Part shown: in pieces, positions 51,368-64,000 of the stretch
Position numbering within the stretch: the stretch's first letter is position 1
How the letters are laid out: the number at the start of each line of letters is the position of its first letter
Made by a program: the position numbers and the translations under genes
Assembly (NCBI GenBank): GCA_026026165.1
Contig: JAPEUD010000061.1
Coordinates: 1 to 64,000 of the forward strand
Length of the DNA stretch: 64,000 nucleotides
From: Sarea resinae
Lineage: Eukaryota
Reading direction: 5' to 3'
Notes under the pieces: generated by a model
Databases searched by the model: none
Seen by the model: only the letters and a program-made list of their open reading frames with translations
What the model was told of the DNA's origin: nothing

Positions 51368-53205
51368 ATGCCGGGAGAGAACGAGACTCAGGACCGTGCG
51401 TTCTACAGCACCACGGCGTCCAGCGGCCATGATCATGATCATGATCATTCGCCGTGGGTGCTGGCGTTTGCGACCGTCTGCCTGATCTGGTACATCTTCG
51501 TCGTCGGCGTTTGTGCGCTGGGATATGTCCAACTGTAGGTAGACCCCACGCAATCCATCCCCGTCGACTTGATCCCCAGAGCTGATCATGCACCCCCTCC
51601 CCCAGGCGACGCCGCTATTCTTCAGTTCCTCGGCCCTCTGTCTCTGCATCGCTGCCTCAATCCGACGTTCCGCATGTCACCGTCCTGCGTCCAGTGAAAG
51701 GGCTTGAGCCCAGCCTCTACGAGTGCCTTGCCGCCACTTTCCGTCAGAACTACCCACGCGACAAGCTGACCATTTACCTCTGTGTCTCTTCTTCTGCCGA
51801 CCCTTCGCTGCCGATACTGCGTCGGCTGATTGAAGACTTCCCCGATTTCGATGCCAAAATCTTGATTGAGGAAGATGATCCAAACCTGCGAGAAGAGGCT
51901 GGCCACGGCCCGAACCTGGGCCCGAACCCAAAGATCAGGAACATGAGTAGAGGATATAGGGAAGCAAAGGGTGATCTGATCTGGATCATCGACTGCAATG
52001 TCTGGGTGGCCAGAGGGGTTATGGGGAGAATGGTGGACAGGCTCTGCGGCTACGGACATGCGGGACGGGGCAAAAAGTATAAATTCGTTCATCAGCTTCC
52101 TCTGGTCATCGACACGGCTGGTACCTCTTCCGACGAGGAGGCTCGTTCTCTTCTAGACCCTGAACGTGGTGAGGAAGTCCGGGTCGCGTCAACTAGTACG
52201 GCGAGCTATGATATTCAAAGCCTTCAGCTACAGCAGGAGAGTTCCTGGCCAGCCTTGGCCTACGGTGGTGGTAGGCTTGAAGAAATGTTCATGGCATCTT
52301 CTCACGCCAAGTTCTACACCGCCATCAATACTGTTCTGGTCGCTCCCTGTATTGTTGGCAAGTCAAATATGTTCCGCCGCTCGCACCTCAATTACGTCAC
52401 ATCCTCGAATCCGAGTCGAGCGCCCGGCATCGACTTCTTTTCTGACAACATCTGCGAGGATCATCTCATCGGTGATACTCTGTGGAGAAAGGCTGTTCCA
52501 GAGGAAGAAGCGGGGGAGAGGTGGGGGAAACATGCGCTCGTATTTGGAGATTTGGCTATTCAGCCCATGGCTGGCATGAGTGTCAAGGAATACATTGCCA
52601 GAAGAGTAAGATGGCTGAGGGTAAGAAAATTCACAGTGACTTTAGCCACTCTCGTCGAGCACGGGACCGAGAGCTTCTTCTGCTCGTTCTACGGAGCCTT
52701 CGCCCTTACGACCTTGCCTTGGTTCAATCGCCACTTTGGCATCCCGCAGACTTGGGTTGCACTCGCCATATTCTGGCTTCTTAGCGTCTCTTGGTGGGCG
52801 TTGGTCGACTGGACGTTGTACCTTAAGCTCCATTCGGGAGAATCCATCGAGTCCGACGAGTTCACGCCTGCCTTTGCGACCACCTCGCAGTGGCGCACTC
52901 GACGCCCAATCAAGGAATGGCTCTGTGCCTGGCTCGGCCGAGAAGCTCTGGCGTTCCCGATTTGGGTGTGGGCCGTCTTCGGCGGCGTCACCGTGGTGTG
53001 GAGGGGCCGCAAGTTCTGGGTCGGCATGGATATGAAGGTGCATGAGGTCGACGGTCCGGGTCTGCTCCAGGAGTCGTCGCATGCCCCCGCGCAAGCTCAT
53101 GCCCACGCGACCACGCATCCGCACATCCACGGCCACGGCCACGGCCATGATCATGGCTCGAACGGGGCCGCCCAAGCCGAGAGACGGAAGGCGAGGAGCG
53201 ATTAA
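51368..53205 (+). CDS. HSX11: Ceramide glucosyltransferase (GT21); intron 51535-51605
   Basis: N-terminal [38 protein letters not shown] and [10 protein letters not shown]. Confidence 0.94.
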
Positions 53206-53874
53206 GTCGGTCAGAGATGATGATCTGTACGTAGACCTACGACGACGAGGCAAATGATGCATGAACGAAGTCCCGTACGAAATACTGCAGCACTCCAAGC
53301 AAGGCTGAATGAAGACGGTGGTGCTGTGGTGCTGCGATCTATCTTTAAGGTAACCGTCACGCCCAATCGCTTAGATCCGCCATGGTGTTGGTTGGAAGTA
53401 CGGTGTCACCAACATCGACGCCTCTCCGCAACATCATAGGTCACAGCGAGGGCGACGATGACGAGCCTTGTTTACCTTCTCTTTTGGCCGCCAGCCTGGG
53501 CGAGTCGTCCCTCTAGGGCTGTGTAATAAAATGTGTAATATGGGCTGCTATGATTAGTGCGTCATCTGCGACGTTTTCTACTCTATTCTACTTTATCTTT
53601 TGCTCTCGGGCTGCCACACCAAGTTCGTAGCTTCTCGACAGTATACAATCTCGTCCATTGCAGCCATTGCAGCCATCGGACGGCATTGGCAGACTTGTGC
53701 GCTATTGTGGGTGTCTTTGGGGCATCTTCGCCATTCGCTTCGTCCTTTGTGCTATGCATTTCTGGCTTTGACCGTAGCATCTCTATTGCCAAAGCTCCGA
53801 GAACATCACTGTCGAGTTTCCATTGACATTTTTCTACCCTTCTTCTGCTCTGCTGCTGCGCTGATCTTTCCGGC

Positions 53875-56800
53875 ATGAATTCTCGGCAGCGTCGCGCCAA
53901 CAAGAGGGCTGCGCGGATAACGACGACGGGGTCTCCTTCAACGTAAGACCCGTCTAGAGACTATCTGATGCCTATCATGTCCGTCCTCTGAACATGTTCA
54001 ACCATACAGCTACGACAGCTACGATGATGCGGCCTCGATCTTTGTCAGCTCAATGGAGACCTTCCGCGACTCTCTCTCTGCCGATGACCAGCAGCAATTC
54101 CGAGAGTTCGACAGTCCTCAAGCGATGATGGACGATATCCTCAACAATTGCCGGCGAATGAAAGACCACAGCAAACTGATGGCGAGCTGCAAACTCATCC
54201 GGAAGTTTGCAAATGGGTGGAGTCCCTTCTTTTCGATCATTGATATCTTTGTATCAAGCAACCCGCAATGGGCAGGTCTGGCTTGGGGAGCTATCAGACT
54301 GGTTTTCTTGGTACGATTGTTTCCGTTGCTTGCGTTGAATCTGTGCTGATAGAGACATGCTCTAGCTCAGTAGCAACTATCCCAATTTCTTTGAGAAGCT
54401 TGCTGAGATGTTCGAGAAAATCTTTCTGAGACTCCCAAGCTATGAAGATCAAATTCGGCGTTTGCGGGGAAGTGCTTCCAGTACGTCCCAGCCGCGTCTA
54501 ATCAGAGCGCTCTCGTACGTATACGCCGACATTATACAGTTCTGCCGAGATGCTTGCAAGATATTTACGAACAAAAGAGGTGGTAAGTCTCCTCACACGG
54601 AAATCTAGACCAGCTAGTCTATAGCTATTTTATTAACTGTACCCGAACCTGAAGAACCCAGATATAGAATAGATGTCATCCGACAAATCTTTTGGAAGCC
54701 ATTTGACAACCGTTTCTCCGACCTACTCGACCGTCTCAGAGATCACCAAGAACTGTTTGATATTGAAATCAAACTTGAAGATCAGCAGGCCCTCACTCGC
54801 TTCATTGACAAGATGGAAGCGCATACGCAGAGAGCTGATAAATTTCACGAGGAGCGCAGACTAGAGATGGACCAACGAGAGCGGGATGCCTTGAGTATGT
54901 TCTTGTCTGGTATCCGCGCAGTATGGACGGCTTACGGCCTATAGGAGCACGCGTGATTGAGATCAAGAATTGGGTGTCTGCTCCGGACTTTATGGGAGAT
55001 TTCGAAAGGGCTCGCCGCAACCGCCTTGCAGACACCGGTCAGTGGCTCATTGAAGATGACCGGTACCAGTCGTGGCGTGCAATTGGGTCAGCTTCTACAC
55101 CGGGCCCGAGCACTCCTCTCGTTGGGTCGGCGTCCTTTGCCCCCAGAGTACTGTCCATGCTAGGTAAGTTTCTCCGAGTACCTTCACTGTAGGTGCTAAA
55201 TATCATCCAGCCAGTCCAGGTTTCGGAAAGACGACCCTGTCTACGTTGTTGATTGAGGATCTTGAAGTGACCTCTCGTCAAAGAAATATTGCATTCTTTC
55301 ATTTCGACGCAAAGCAACCTCAGAAAAGCGACATGTATCATGCATTACGAGCTATCCTTATCCAGCTCGTTCACCGTAATCAGCTTGAGAAAGATGTCGT
55401 CGATACTGTGTCCATCTTGATGGATGTGACGTCCAGGGGTCAGCCTCATGCCTCTGACGATGAAGTTCAAGATATTGTTCGCTTATACCTGCAGAAGATA
55501 CCGAATGTTGTGCTTGTCTTTGATGGGATCGACGAATGCTCGGAGCTGACAATGTTCCTTCGTGCCTTGCACACTATGACTCAGGAGACCCAATGCAGGA
55601 TTCTCTTCCTGGGGAGGCCCAATATCTCCTTTCCGATGCAATACAGCCAACATTGTCGCCTTGAATTAGATCCTTCTGCAAACCTGGGAGACATTAGGCT
55701 TTACTTACGACTAGAGGTTGATGAGCTGATGCAACCCGGTCTATTGGCTGGACAGATTTCTGCAGAGGAGCTCGTGGAGAGGTTGGCCCTGCGCGCCGGC
55801 TCCATGTTCCTTTGGGCAAAACTCATGGTTCAGTATCTGCACTCGCCGGCCCTGAGTCCCCGCCAACGCCTTCAAGATTTGGAGAATCTTTACCTGCTCG
55901 AAGGCCTGGATTCAATGTACGATCGTACCATGCAAGTCTTAGAGGCCCGCTATGCTCGGGAGAAAGAGTTGGTCTCCAAGATATTTAGTTTTCTTGCCGT
56001 GGCACTTCGGCCTCTCGGGGTATCCGAATTACAGGCGGCGCTTGCACTGTACCCTGGTCAATCGATTGATCCCAGTAATTACATTTCGAACTTTGAAGAT
56101 TCTATCATCGTTCTCTGCGGAGGCCTAGTCGAAGTGCGCCCGGACAAGACGGTCCGATTCATTCATCTATCTGTGAACGACTTTCTTACCTCGAATGCTG
56201 CGGTACAGAAGCAAAACTATTTTCAGATAGAGATTGCCTTGGCTCACTTGTCACTCGCCAAAGTATGCCTTTCTTATCTAACCTACGATATGCCCGCGAG
56301 TCCTCTCGGCGGGTCGGCGGAGAACAGCGCCGAAAAGGCGCACTTGGAGTCTTGGCTACCCTTGCTCTCATACGCAGCGCAGTCATGGTCTTCTCATATT
56401 GCGCGAGGTATGCAGATAACGTCGGAAAAGGCGCTCTCTGTGGGCATTGATTTTTGTTGCGACCTTACGCAGTCAATAGAGGCATTCATAAAGAAACCGT
56501 ATAACGTTACTGCATGGGTAGAAGCGTGCTGGGTATTCGAGAAACCTCCCAATATTGCGCCAGACTTTGAGATACAGCTCAAAGACTTGGAGCATGCAGT
56601 TCATTCGTCGGATGATCGCCTCGCATTGTTCTTGTGGACTTGTCGAAAATTGCTTCACCTGTCGAACGATCTGGACAAGCTCGACAAAGACTGGGGGCAT
56701 CTTCTGGAAGTCAGCCCCCATGAGATATGGGGCCCCAGCGTCACTGCTATGCTGAAGTCTGACTTTCTGGTTATCACAACCGCAACGGAAATCATATCTC

Positions 56801-58727
56801 TAGTCTCTCAAGAGGATCCGCACGACGAGTCGAGAGATGAGTTACGAAAGAATTCCATCCTGATAGCCTCGAAGAATTCTTCAGATGGGTCAAACCTTGG
56901 GGTTGTGACTGTTTGGCCTTCGGAGTGAGATGATACTGCCGTTTCAAGGTCACTTCGTGTGCTAATGATACAGCAGAGAGTATGTCGATGCCCTTGAAAC
57001 GATTGACCACGACGAAGAATGGAAGAACGAGGCAAGTTACTCGGAAGTTACGGCGATAGCCTCCCCAGGGTGGACAGCAAAATACGAGGTCTTCATTCTG
57101 GGTAAGGAGAAGAAAAAGTTCTTTGAGCTAGAGGTGAGCCTGCCGCAGGAGGAAGTTTCACATATTCTGGAACAGTCCTTTCGATCGCAAGACCGCAAAA
57201 GCTTTCGATTCCCTGTCGCATTCAGCCATGATCTGCGACAAGTTGTCTTGCTGCATACTGTTGCCACTATTTTCGAGAAACCCAAACCGAAGCTCGGGGC
57301 CCCTAAATTTGCTTATAGTACTCAAACAATTGGCCTCTTTGGAAATGGAGCCTCTGAGCTGGATGAAGAGGACTATCCCAGTTGGTACAAACTGTCGTTT
57401 TCGCCCAACGGCAAGCATTTGGCTGTCGTGAAGAGGATCGGTAGGGCCGAAGTTGTTCAATCTCGTCCGCATGGCAGATGGTCTGTAGCGATATGGGAAG
57501 ACCATGCTCCCAGTTTGACCGTGTCTAAATACAGATACGTGAGCGAGATGAAGTTCAATACTACGAATTTTCTTGAAGATGGGTCATTTGCATTTCATCG
57601 CACTTTATCCTTTATGGCCGTGTCCGGAGATATTGCAACTCTGCTCTGGGCCTACACCAAAAAACCGACAGGTAAGCCGAGCGTTCCCTCTTTGGAGCGC
57701 CTTATCTGATGCTGCGATCAAACTAGACCCTCGCTGCAAACGCCGGCTCTTCAATTACCCCCTCCACAATCTCCACTTCTCAGCCGACGGTCGCTATCTG
57801 TATGGGACTGTAGGTTACCCTGTAATGATCGACCTGCAGCCGTTCCTCGACAATGAATCTTACACGCTCGACATCTTTGGCGATATTGAGCCCGACGTGG
57901 AGATGAGCGATCCCGGGCCAGCGCCGTCACCACCACAGCTGCAGCCAGGAACCGACTTGGTCCTCCCCACCTCCTCGACCGTCTTGACCTGTCTCGACCA
58001 AAACCCTCTGCAGCGGCCAGCGACCCAAGATACTAACGCCATTACGATCAGCCACGACCAGGACGGTAGGCCCATAGTTTCCGTCGTCCGGCACTACGAG
58101 GAAGAAGGGGTAGTCGTACAGAGGACCCTCGCCGACGGCATCGAAACCACCAGCACCCTCATCCATCTGCCCAGGTGGAGCGATATCGAGCACAGCTCTA
58201 TCACGCTTCTCCACGGCGGCCGCTCGGAATCAGACGATGAAGAGGGAGAGGCCGAAGTACTTCAGATGGTCCTGAACAAAGACCCGCAGGACTTTTACAC
58301 CCTACGGACTGGCTCCGGTTCTGGGTCCAGTTCTGAAGCCGTTCAGAACTTTCCGATCATCATAGAGCGCCGGCGCGCCTCGATCGCGGTATACAAGCCG
58401 CCACCCCGACGCCGAAAGGGGCAAATTCTCGCCGTAAGTATCTACCCAATTCCTCCATCTCCACATCCAATTGTATCACTAGCATATACATGGCTCTCCA
58501 CTTGCTCCGTAGTCACAGAGGTCATATCTATCCTCATCCCCACCCGAAGTCTCAACTCGCCGCACCACAGTGCTCAAATAACATGACAATCACTAACCCC
58601 GCTGCGCAAAAAGGACCCCGCACAATCCCAGTGCGACCTCCTCCGCCTCGGAAACAGGTTAGCCCTCACAGCTCCTGAGAATACAGATGCGGCTCCCAGC
58701 TCGGCCGCGGCACCAGATCTATGGTAG
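53875..58727 (+). CDS. NLR-like STAND protein: helical N-terminal domain + NACHT + winged helix + degenerate WD40-like C-terminus; ~9 exons
   Basis: DIFVSSNPQWAGLAWGAIRLV N-terminal block, spliced Walker A ASPGFGKT, Walker B VFDGIDEC, MFLWAKL, RFIHLSVNDFL, and WD-like strands AFSHDLR, SFSPNGKHLA, HFSADGRYL. Start and end are inferred from splice signals. Confidence 0.85.
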
Positions 58728-58859
58728 CCAGGTAGGGGCGAGAGTGGTATTCGGTCTGGATCGAGATTGTTGTTGTTGAAGAACATGGGTAGACAGACGG
58801 ATGGATGGCGTGCCGGGCCTTTGCTGCTACTCACACACCGACCCATTTGTCTGTGTCTC

Positions 58860-59079
58860 GAGTCTTCTTCTTTTTCTTATCCTCTTTCCTACACTCCTAG
58901 CTCTATCGACTATACTACATCGTTCTACAACTAAAAGTCATAATTATCATTATCTATAAGGTCTGTTGAATAGACAAACCTGTTTCCTCCTCCTACATGC
59001 GCTAAAAAGAGGACGACTATATACTATAATCTAGCTTGTCCGGGCTATGTCTACTGTACCGCACTATTTACCTACTATA

Positions 59080-59112
<33 letters not shown>

Positions 59113-60536
59113 CGCTCCTTACATCCTTCTATTTATTATTACTATTAGTATAAAGTCTAGTAAAACAAACAAGTAAAACTATCTCTACATACTATAAGCT
59201 ATCTAAAAAATCTACTATAACCTAGCTTATCTAGACTATATCTATTTGCCTACTCTATAGCAGTGTAGCGCACCTTATAATTAGTGCTAGAATTCTTCTT
59301 ATTGACAAATTCTTAGCTAGTTGCACTACTTTATATAGCTTTCTATACCCCTAGTCTTCTTTAATACTATTCTAGCTGAGTCTTCTATTTTATCTATTCT
59401 AGAGTATCTTATCTTAGAGGAATAATATTCCCTAGGTCTAATATTCTTTGAGTCTTCTAGTATAGTAGAGAAAAGGTAGATAATAAGAGAGAAGTAGAGA
59501 GAGAGAGAGAGAAGGATTATATAACTCTACACCTATACTCTTCTTCTTCTTCTTCTTCTTCTTCTTCTTCTTCTTCTTCTTCTCTAACTTCTTCTTTACT
59601 TCTAAACTCTTTACTCTCTCTACTCTCTCTTCTCTCTTATCTAAACTACTTTTACTTCTACTCTACTTTCTAATCTTTTACTTCTAAACCTATAATCTAG
59701 ACTCTTACTAAGATGTTAAATAGATACTCTAGTAGATTCAAGTTGTATTCTATAGTATTCTATAGTCTTCCTTATTTTAATAAGAGGTTAGAGAAGAAAA
59801 GGTTAGAGAGAAAGATAGTAGATAGATAGGAGATAGAAAACAGTAGAGATAGAAAGAGAGGAGAAGAATAGTAAAAGAATAAGATAGGAAGAGGTAAGAT
59901 AGTAAGGTAAGAGAAGAGTAAGAGAGAAGAGAAGAAGTAAAGAAAGAGAAGTAAAGAAAGAGAAGAGAAGAGAAGAGAAGAGAAGAGAAGAGAAGAGAAG
60001 AGAAGAGAAGAGAAGAGAAGAGAAGAGAAGAGAAGAGAAGAGAAGAGAAGAGAAGAGAAGAGAAGAGAAGAGAAGAGAAGAGAAGAGATAGATAGAGCTT
60101 AAGTCTTTACTTAGACCTATACCTCTACCTTTTCTTAAACCTCTACCTATACTACTATTCTAGTAAATTCTCTTTTCTAATATCTTCTATTCTTATCTTA
60201 GAAGCTAGCTCTCTCTCTCTCTCTCTCTATTCTCTCTATTCTCTCTATTCTACAGTAAACTAACTTCTATATTATACCTACTTAATCTCTTACTACCTCT
60301 TTCTTTCTTCTCTTAAGACTCTTTTCTTAGTGTATAGTACAAGAATTACTATACACCTACTGACTTCTTTTATACGAGAGCTAGAAATTTAATAGATATA
60401 GATATGTATATAACTATAGTAGTATAGTACAGTCTTACTAGCCTAAGGTAGACAAGACAATAGTGAGGGAGGAGAAGAGAAGGGGTAGGGCCTAAGCCTG
60501 TACAGAGCTATACTATCTCTCTTTCCTACCCCAGCC
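58860..60536. repeat. AT-rich, RIP-like degenerate island with microsatellites (TAG)11, (TTC)14, (AGAAG)25
   Basis: Abrupt drop in GC, strong TpA excess, few CpA/TpG/CpG, and no ORF in the supplied track. Confidence 0.85.
59961..60085. repeat. Perfect (AGAAG)25 pentanucleotide array
   Basis: 125-bp uninterrupted polypurine run. Confidence 0.95.
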
Positions 60537-62453
60537 TTAGAAACTAGTTCCTTTTTTCCCTCTCTCTCCATCCCAACTCATACGCCGCCCACTATCCCTC
60601 TTCTCCCAAGACCGCCTCCTAGTATCACCCCTGTCTTCCTTGCCGTCCTCGCCCTCCGACTCCGCCCCCGTCTCTCGGCCACCCTCGCGCTCATCCCTCT
60701 TCTTCCTCCCCAGCCTCTCGCACCACTCCTCGGCGCTGACGATCGTGCCGTCCAGCACCCCGCTGACCTGAGCCATCATGTCCAGGCCCTCCTTGGCGAG
60801 AATGAGCACGCGCTGGGCGCTGCCGACCGTTTCGGCCATCTCGCCGTGCTTCTCGTTCGTGCCGTCTGCTCCCTCGCCGTCCCTTGCTCCTCGTCCACTC
60901 TCGCCGTTATTCCTCGTCGTCGTGGTCGTGGAAGAGGCAACACGGAAGCGCTGCGGGAGAGAGGTCAGGTGTTTGCGGACGAGTTCGCGCGCGTTCTCCG
61001 GCAGGGCGCCGCCGGCGTATTTGGAAACAATGTCGACGACTTGCTTCAGGGTGTGGAGCACGTCGGACTTGATCGTCTGGATGCGGTGCGTCAGGGCTGT
61101 TTGATCCGAGGAGTCGTTCTGGGTGGACGAGGGATGCGATATCAAGGAGCGGGAGTCGTTTTCGTCGGTGGTGGTGGTGGTGGTGGTGGTAGTAGTGCTT
61201 TTGCCTTGGTCCCTGCCGGGCGAATGAGAGTCCTGAAGCATCGATTGCTGATGCGACTGCTCCCATTCCTCTAGCATATTGCGTAGAGTGACGATGAGCT
61301 TCCCGATATGCACATTCGCCCATCGGAGCCAGCTGAGGCAATATCTGAGACTGCGCAGCGACTCCTCGCTCATGGCAACGCCGAGACCAGACGTCGATAG
61401 CATGAGCCGCGTCTGCCAATTTGCGTTTTGCGTGCCGTCTTCCTCTTCACTATCGTGCGTCACGAGCGCGCCTTCGTCTTCGTAGTTGGGAGACCGATTC
61501 TTGTCGTCGTAGGCGGGAAGAGACTCGGCGATGGATGACACATCTGACGCATGTCTCTGCTGGGATCGGGGTAGCAGATGCGTGCGGGTACCTTGTTCTA
61601 TATACGCGCGCTCGTCGTGAGAGCCATTTACTTTTCGCCTTTTGTTGGCGCCGCCTTCGTTCATGCTCCCTCGGCGCCCTAGCCACCATCGCACGCCGCC
61701 CTCGACGCCGGTCCTTCTGCCGACCGAACCGACCGTGTTTGCAACGGGCGTGAGACGCCTTTCGACGAATTCGGCGCCAGATCTGAAGCGGGGAGAATAC
61801 GATTTCGAAGACGAGTATGCGGAAAGTGAGCCATTGATTGCGGTCGATAGCAGTGGATGGGATGATGTAAGAAGCGACAGCAGGGGTTCTTGTCGGTCAT
61901 TGCCTTCTATACCCCTCATGGGGTCATGGCTGTCAAAGCCCGTGGATTGTTGACGAGATGGAGATCGTTTAAAGTCTGCCGTCCTTTTAGCATAGTTCCT
62001 ATCAAACCCAAGAATCTACCCACCAGTGCCAAGATTGTGTAGCGCCTGTGCGGCGATCAAGTCGTCCATGGACAATACACTAGTGGCTCTCTGGTCGCGC
62101 CCCTCGGAGTCCATGATGGAGTTGTCCAGACTCGGTCCCGCAGGAATCGCCTCGATGCTATTCTCCAGCTGAGATGAAGCCACAGAAGGCGAGTCGTGAT
62201 ACATGGTGGAAGAAGTCTGCTCCGATTGTTGAGTCTCCACGCTTGCACGCGACGAAGAAAATGCGTTTCCCAGTCGGTGCGCATCAGTAGAAAATTGGCC
62301 ATGATTCCAAGATGGGACGTTTTCTTCAACCGTCCGATTCGAGCCAGGAGGCGCAATTGCAACATGCGAAGCTTGGGCCGGAGCGGCCTTTTCGATGGGC
62401 GTGACGGCTTCACGATGGTGCGAATACGCGGGCGGATATTCCTGGGCGGACAT
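60537..62453 (-). CDS. OPI1: Opi1-family transcriptional regulator (ccg-8-like); intron 61976-62023
   Basis: AAQALHNL, PLLSLLTSSHPLL, SYSPRFRSGAEFVER, SLPAYDD, MSEESLRSLRYCLSWLRWAN, VSKYAGGALPENAR and AKEGLDMM. Confidence 0.92.
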
Positions 62454-63525
62454 TGTTGCTGGTTGCTGTTCTGGGTGATGTTATCGCATACATATGAGAG
62501 ACTACGTGGTGATAGCAGTCGTCTGACAGCTGACGGCCGATTTGACGATGGAAAGTGCAGATTTGATGATGGCAGCAATAGCCGTTACAATGGTGGTGGT
62601 GGTGGTGATGGTGGTGGTGTTGGCAATTGGCAATTGGCGCTGGTCGTTGGCGTTGACCCTGTCACATGTCTCGTTTTGACATGTGCCCCATCCAGCCATT
62701 TCTCACGAACTCTCCCTACCCGCCAGAGGAGTATCGGATGCAATTCCTCACCAATTGGCCCGTCACAAGCAGCCGCAAGCAGCCGCGATGATGCACGGCT
62801 GCTCATGACTCCGTACCATGTTCAAGTTGACAATTCAGCCACCTGCATCGCGATGAATTGTGCAATACCGACTGCTCTGCCCTCGATCAGTGGACATGAT
62901 CAGTTCAGGGTTCTCTTGGCAGCCCTGAAGCCATGTCTGTGCTCCTGAGGCGGTGGGTATCGGCACTGACGTCATCGGATGAGTACCTACATTGGATTGC
63001 AGACGTGCCACCTCTAGTAATACGGTGTCATACCGTCGTGATCTCCAAACCTCGGAATGCTCTCCCGCACACCAATTGACTCGACTACAACCTATGAACG
63101 GGTCACCATCTCGTGAATAAACGTACGCCTGGTCCGTGTGCATAGATCTTGACTGATCTGGCCTGCTGACTAGGAGACCGTAGGGCTGACGACTCGACCT
63201 CATCGTAAGCTCCCACCGGATTAGTGAGATACTTGGAGATCTGCACTTGCGGCTCTAGAGTAGTGCTGGAGGGCTTGAGCATTGCCTACGGCTGCAAGGC
63301 AGCAATTGGGATTGGAACTTGTTTTAGAGCTTCTGTAGTTAATTGGTCACAGAACGAACATCTCACAATGGCTACAGGTTCACGCCTGTCGGTGTCTCAA
63401 AGTGCCTTGTAACTTTTAATTTCTCAAGCTAATGAGTCTCTATGTGAGATGACCATGTAGATAGCAGAGGCATTTCCCATCATGTTCCCAACCACAATTC
63501 GTGAATCATCAAGCACACTCCCCGT

Positions 63526-64000
<475 letters not shown>

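Noticed and set aside
53875..54050. Amyloid signalling motif or adjacent HeLo/gasdermin effector for the NLR
   Set aside because: The N-terminus (MNSRQRRANKRAARITTTGSPST) has no N/Q/G-rich pseudo-repeat, and the neighbours are HSX11 and OPI1, not effectors.
59961..60085. CRISPR-like or telomeric array
   Set aside because: It is a spacer-less AGAAG microsatellite, not TTAGGG, in a eukaryotic context.
62196..62948. 250-aa + strand ORF overlapping the OPI1 5' end
   Set aside because: Non-ATG start, antisense to OPI1 exon 1, low complexity from (GGT)n and no domain signal.

Overview
This is a eukaryotic window from a filamentous ascomycete (Pezizomycotina), inferred from short introns with CTRAY branch sites and from the gene content. 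It is gene-dense and mostly housekeeping. In order: SGT1, ERG7, SPO11, SWA2/auxilin, GTR1, URC4/urg3, a PQ-loop transporter, a class-1A DHODH-like flavoprotein, FOL3, MIC19, a WW protein, two orphan membrane proteins, an ABCA transporter, an M18 aminopeptidase, a possibly disrupted orphan gene with an internal duplication, a conserved hypothetical gene, CAF-1 subunit A, a gluconokinase-like protein, ceramide glucosyltransferase, a NACHT NLR-like gene, OPI1 and a partial SDR. Intergenic DNA is rich in microsatellites. The most notable points are: (1) an intronless Ura1-like gene, probably a dihydrouracil oxidase, about 4.4 kb from URC4, which could be a pyrimidine-catabolism locus; (2) a ~1.7 kb AT-rich island with a RIP signature between the NLR and OPI1, apparently leaking into the OPI1 3' end; (3) a predicted GC-AG first intron in SPO11; (4) an orphan gene with a 204-bp tandem duplication and a stop-riddled 5' end; (5) a candidate pseudo-gluconokinase. 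No tRNA, rRNA, CRISPR array or intact transposon was recognised. Exon structures were inferred by eye and family assignments come from recalled motifs; no searches were run.
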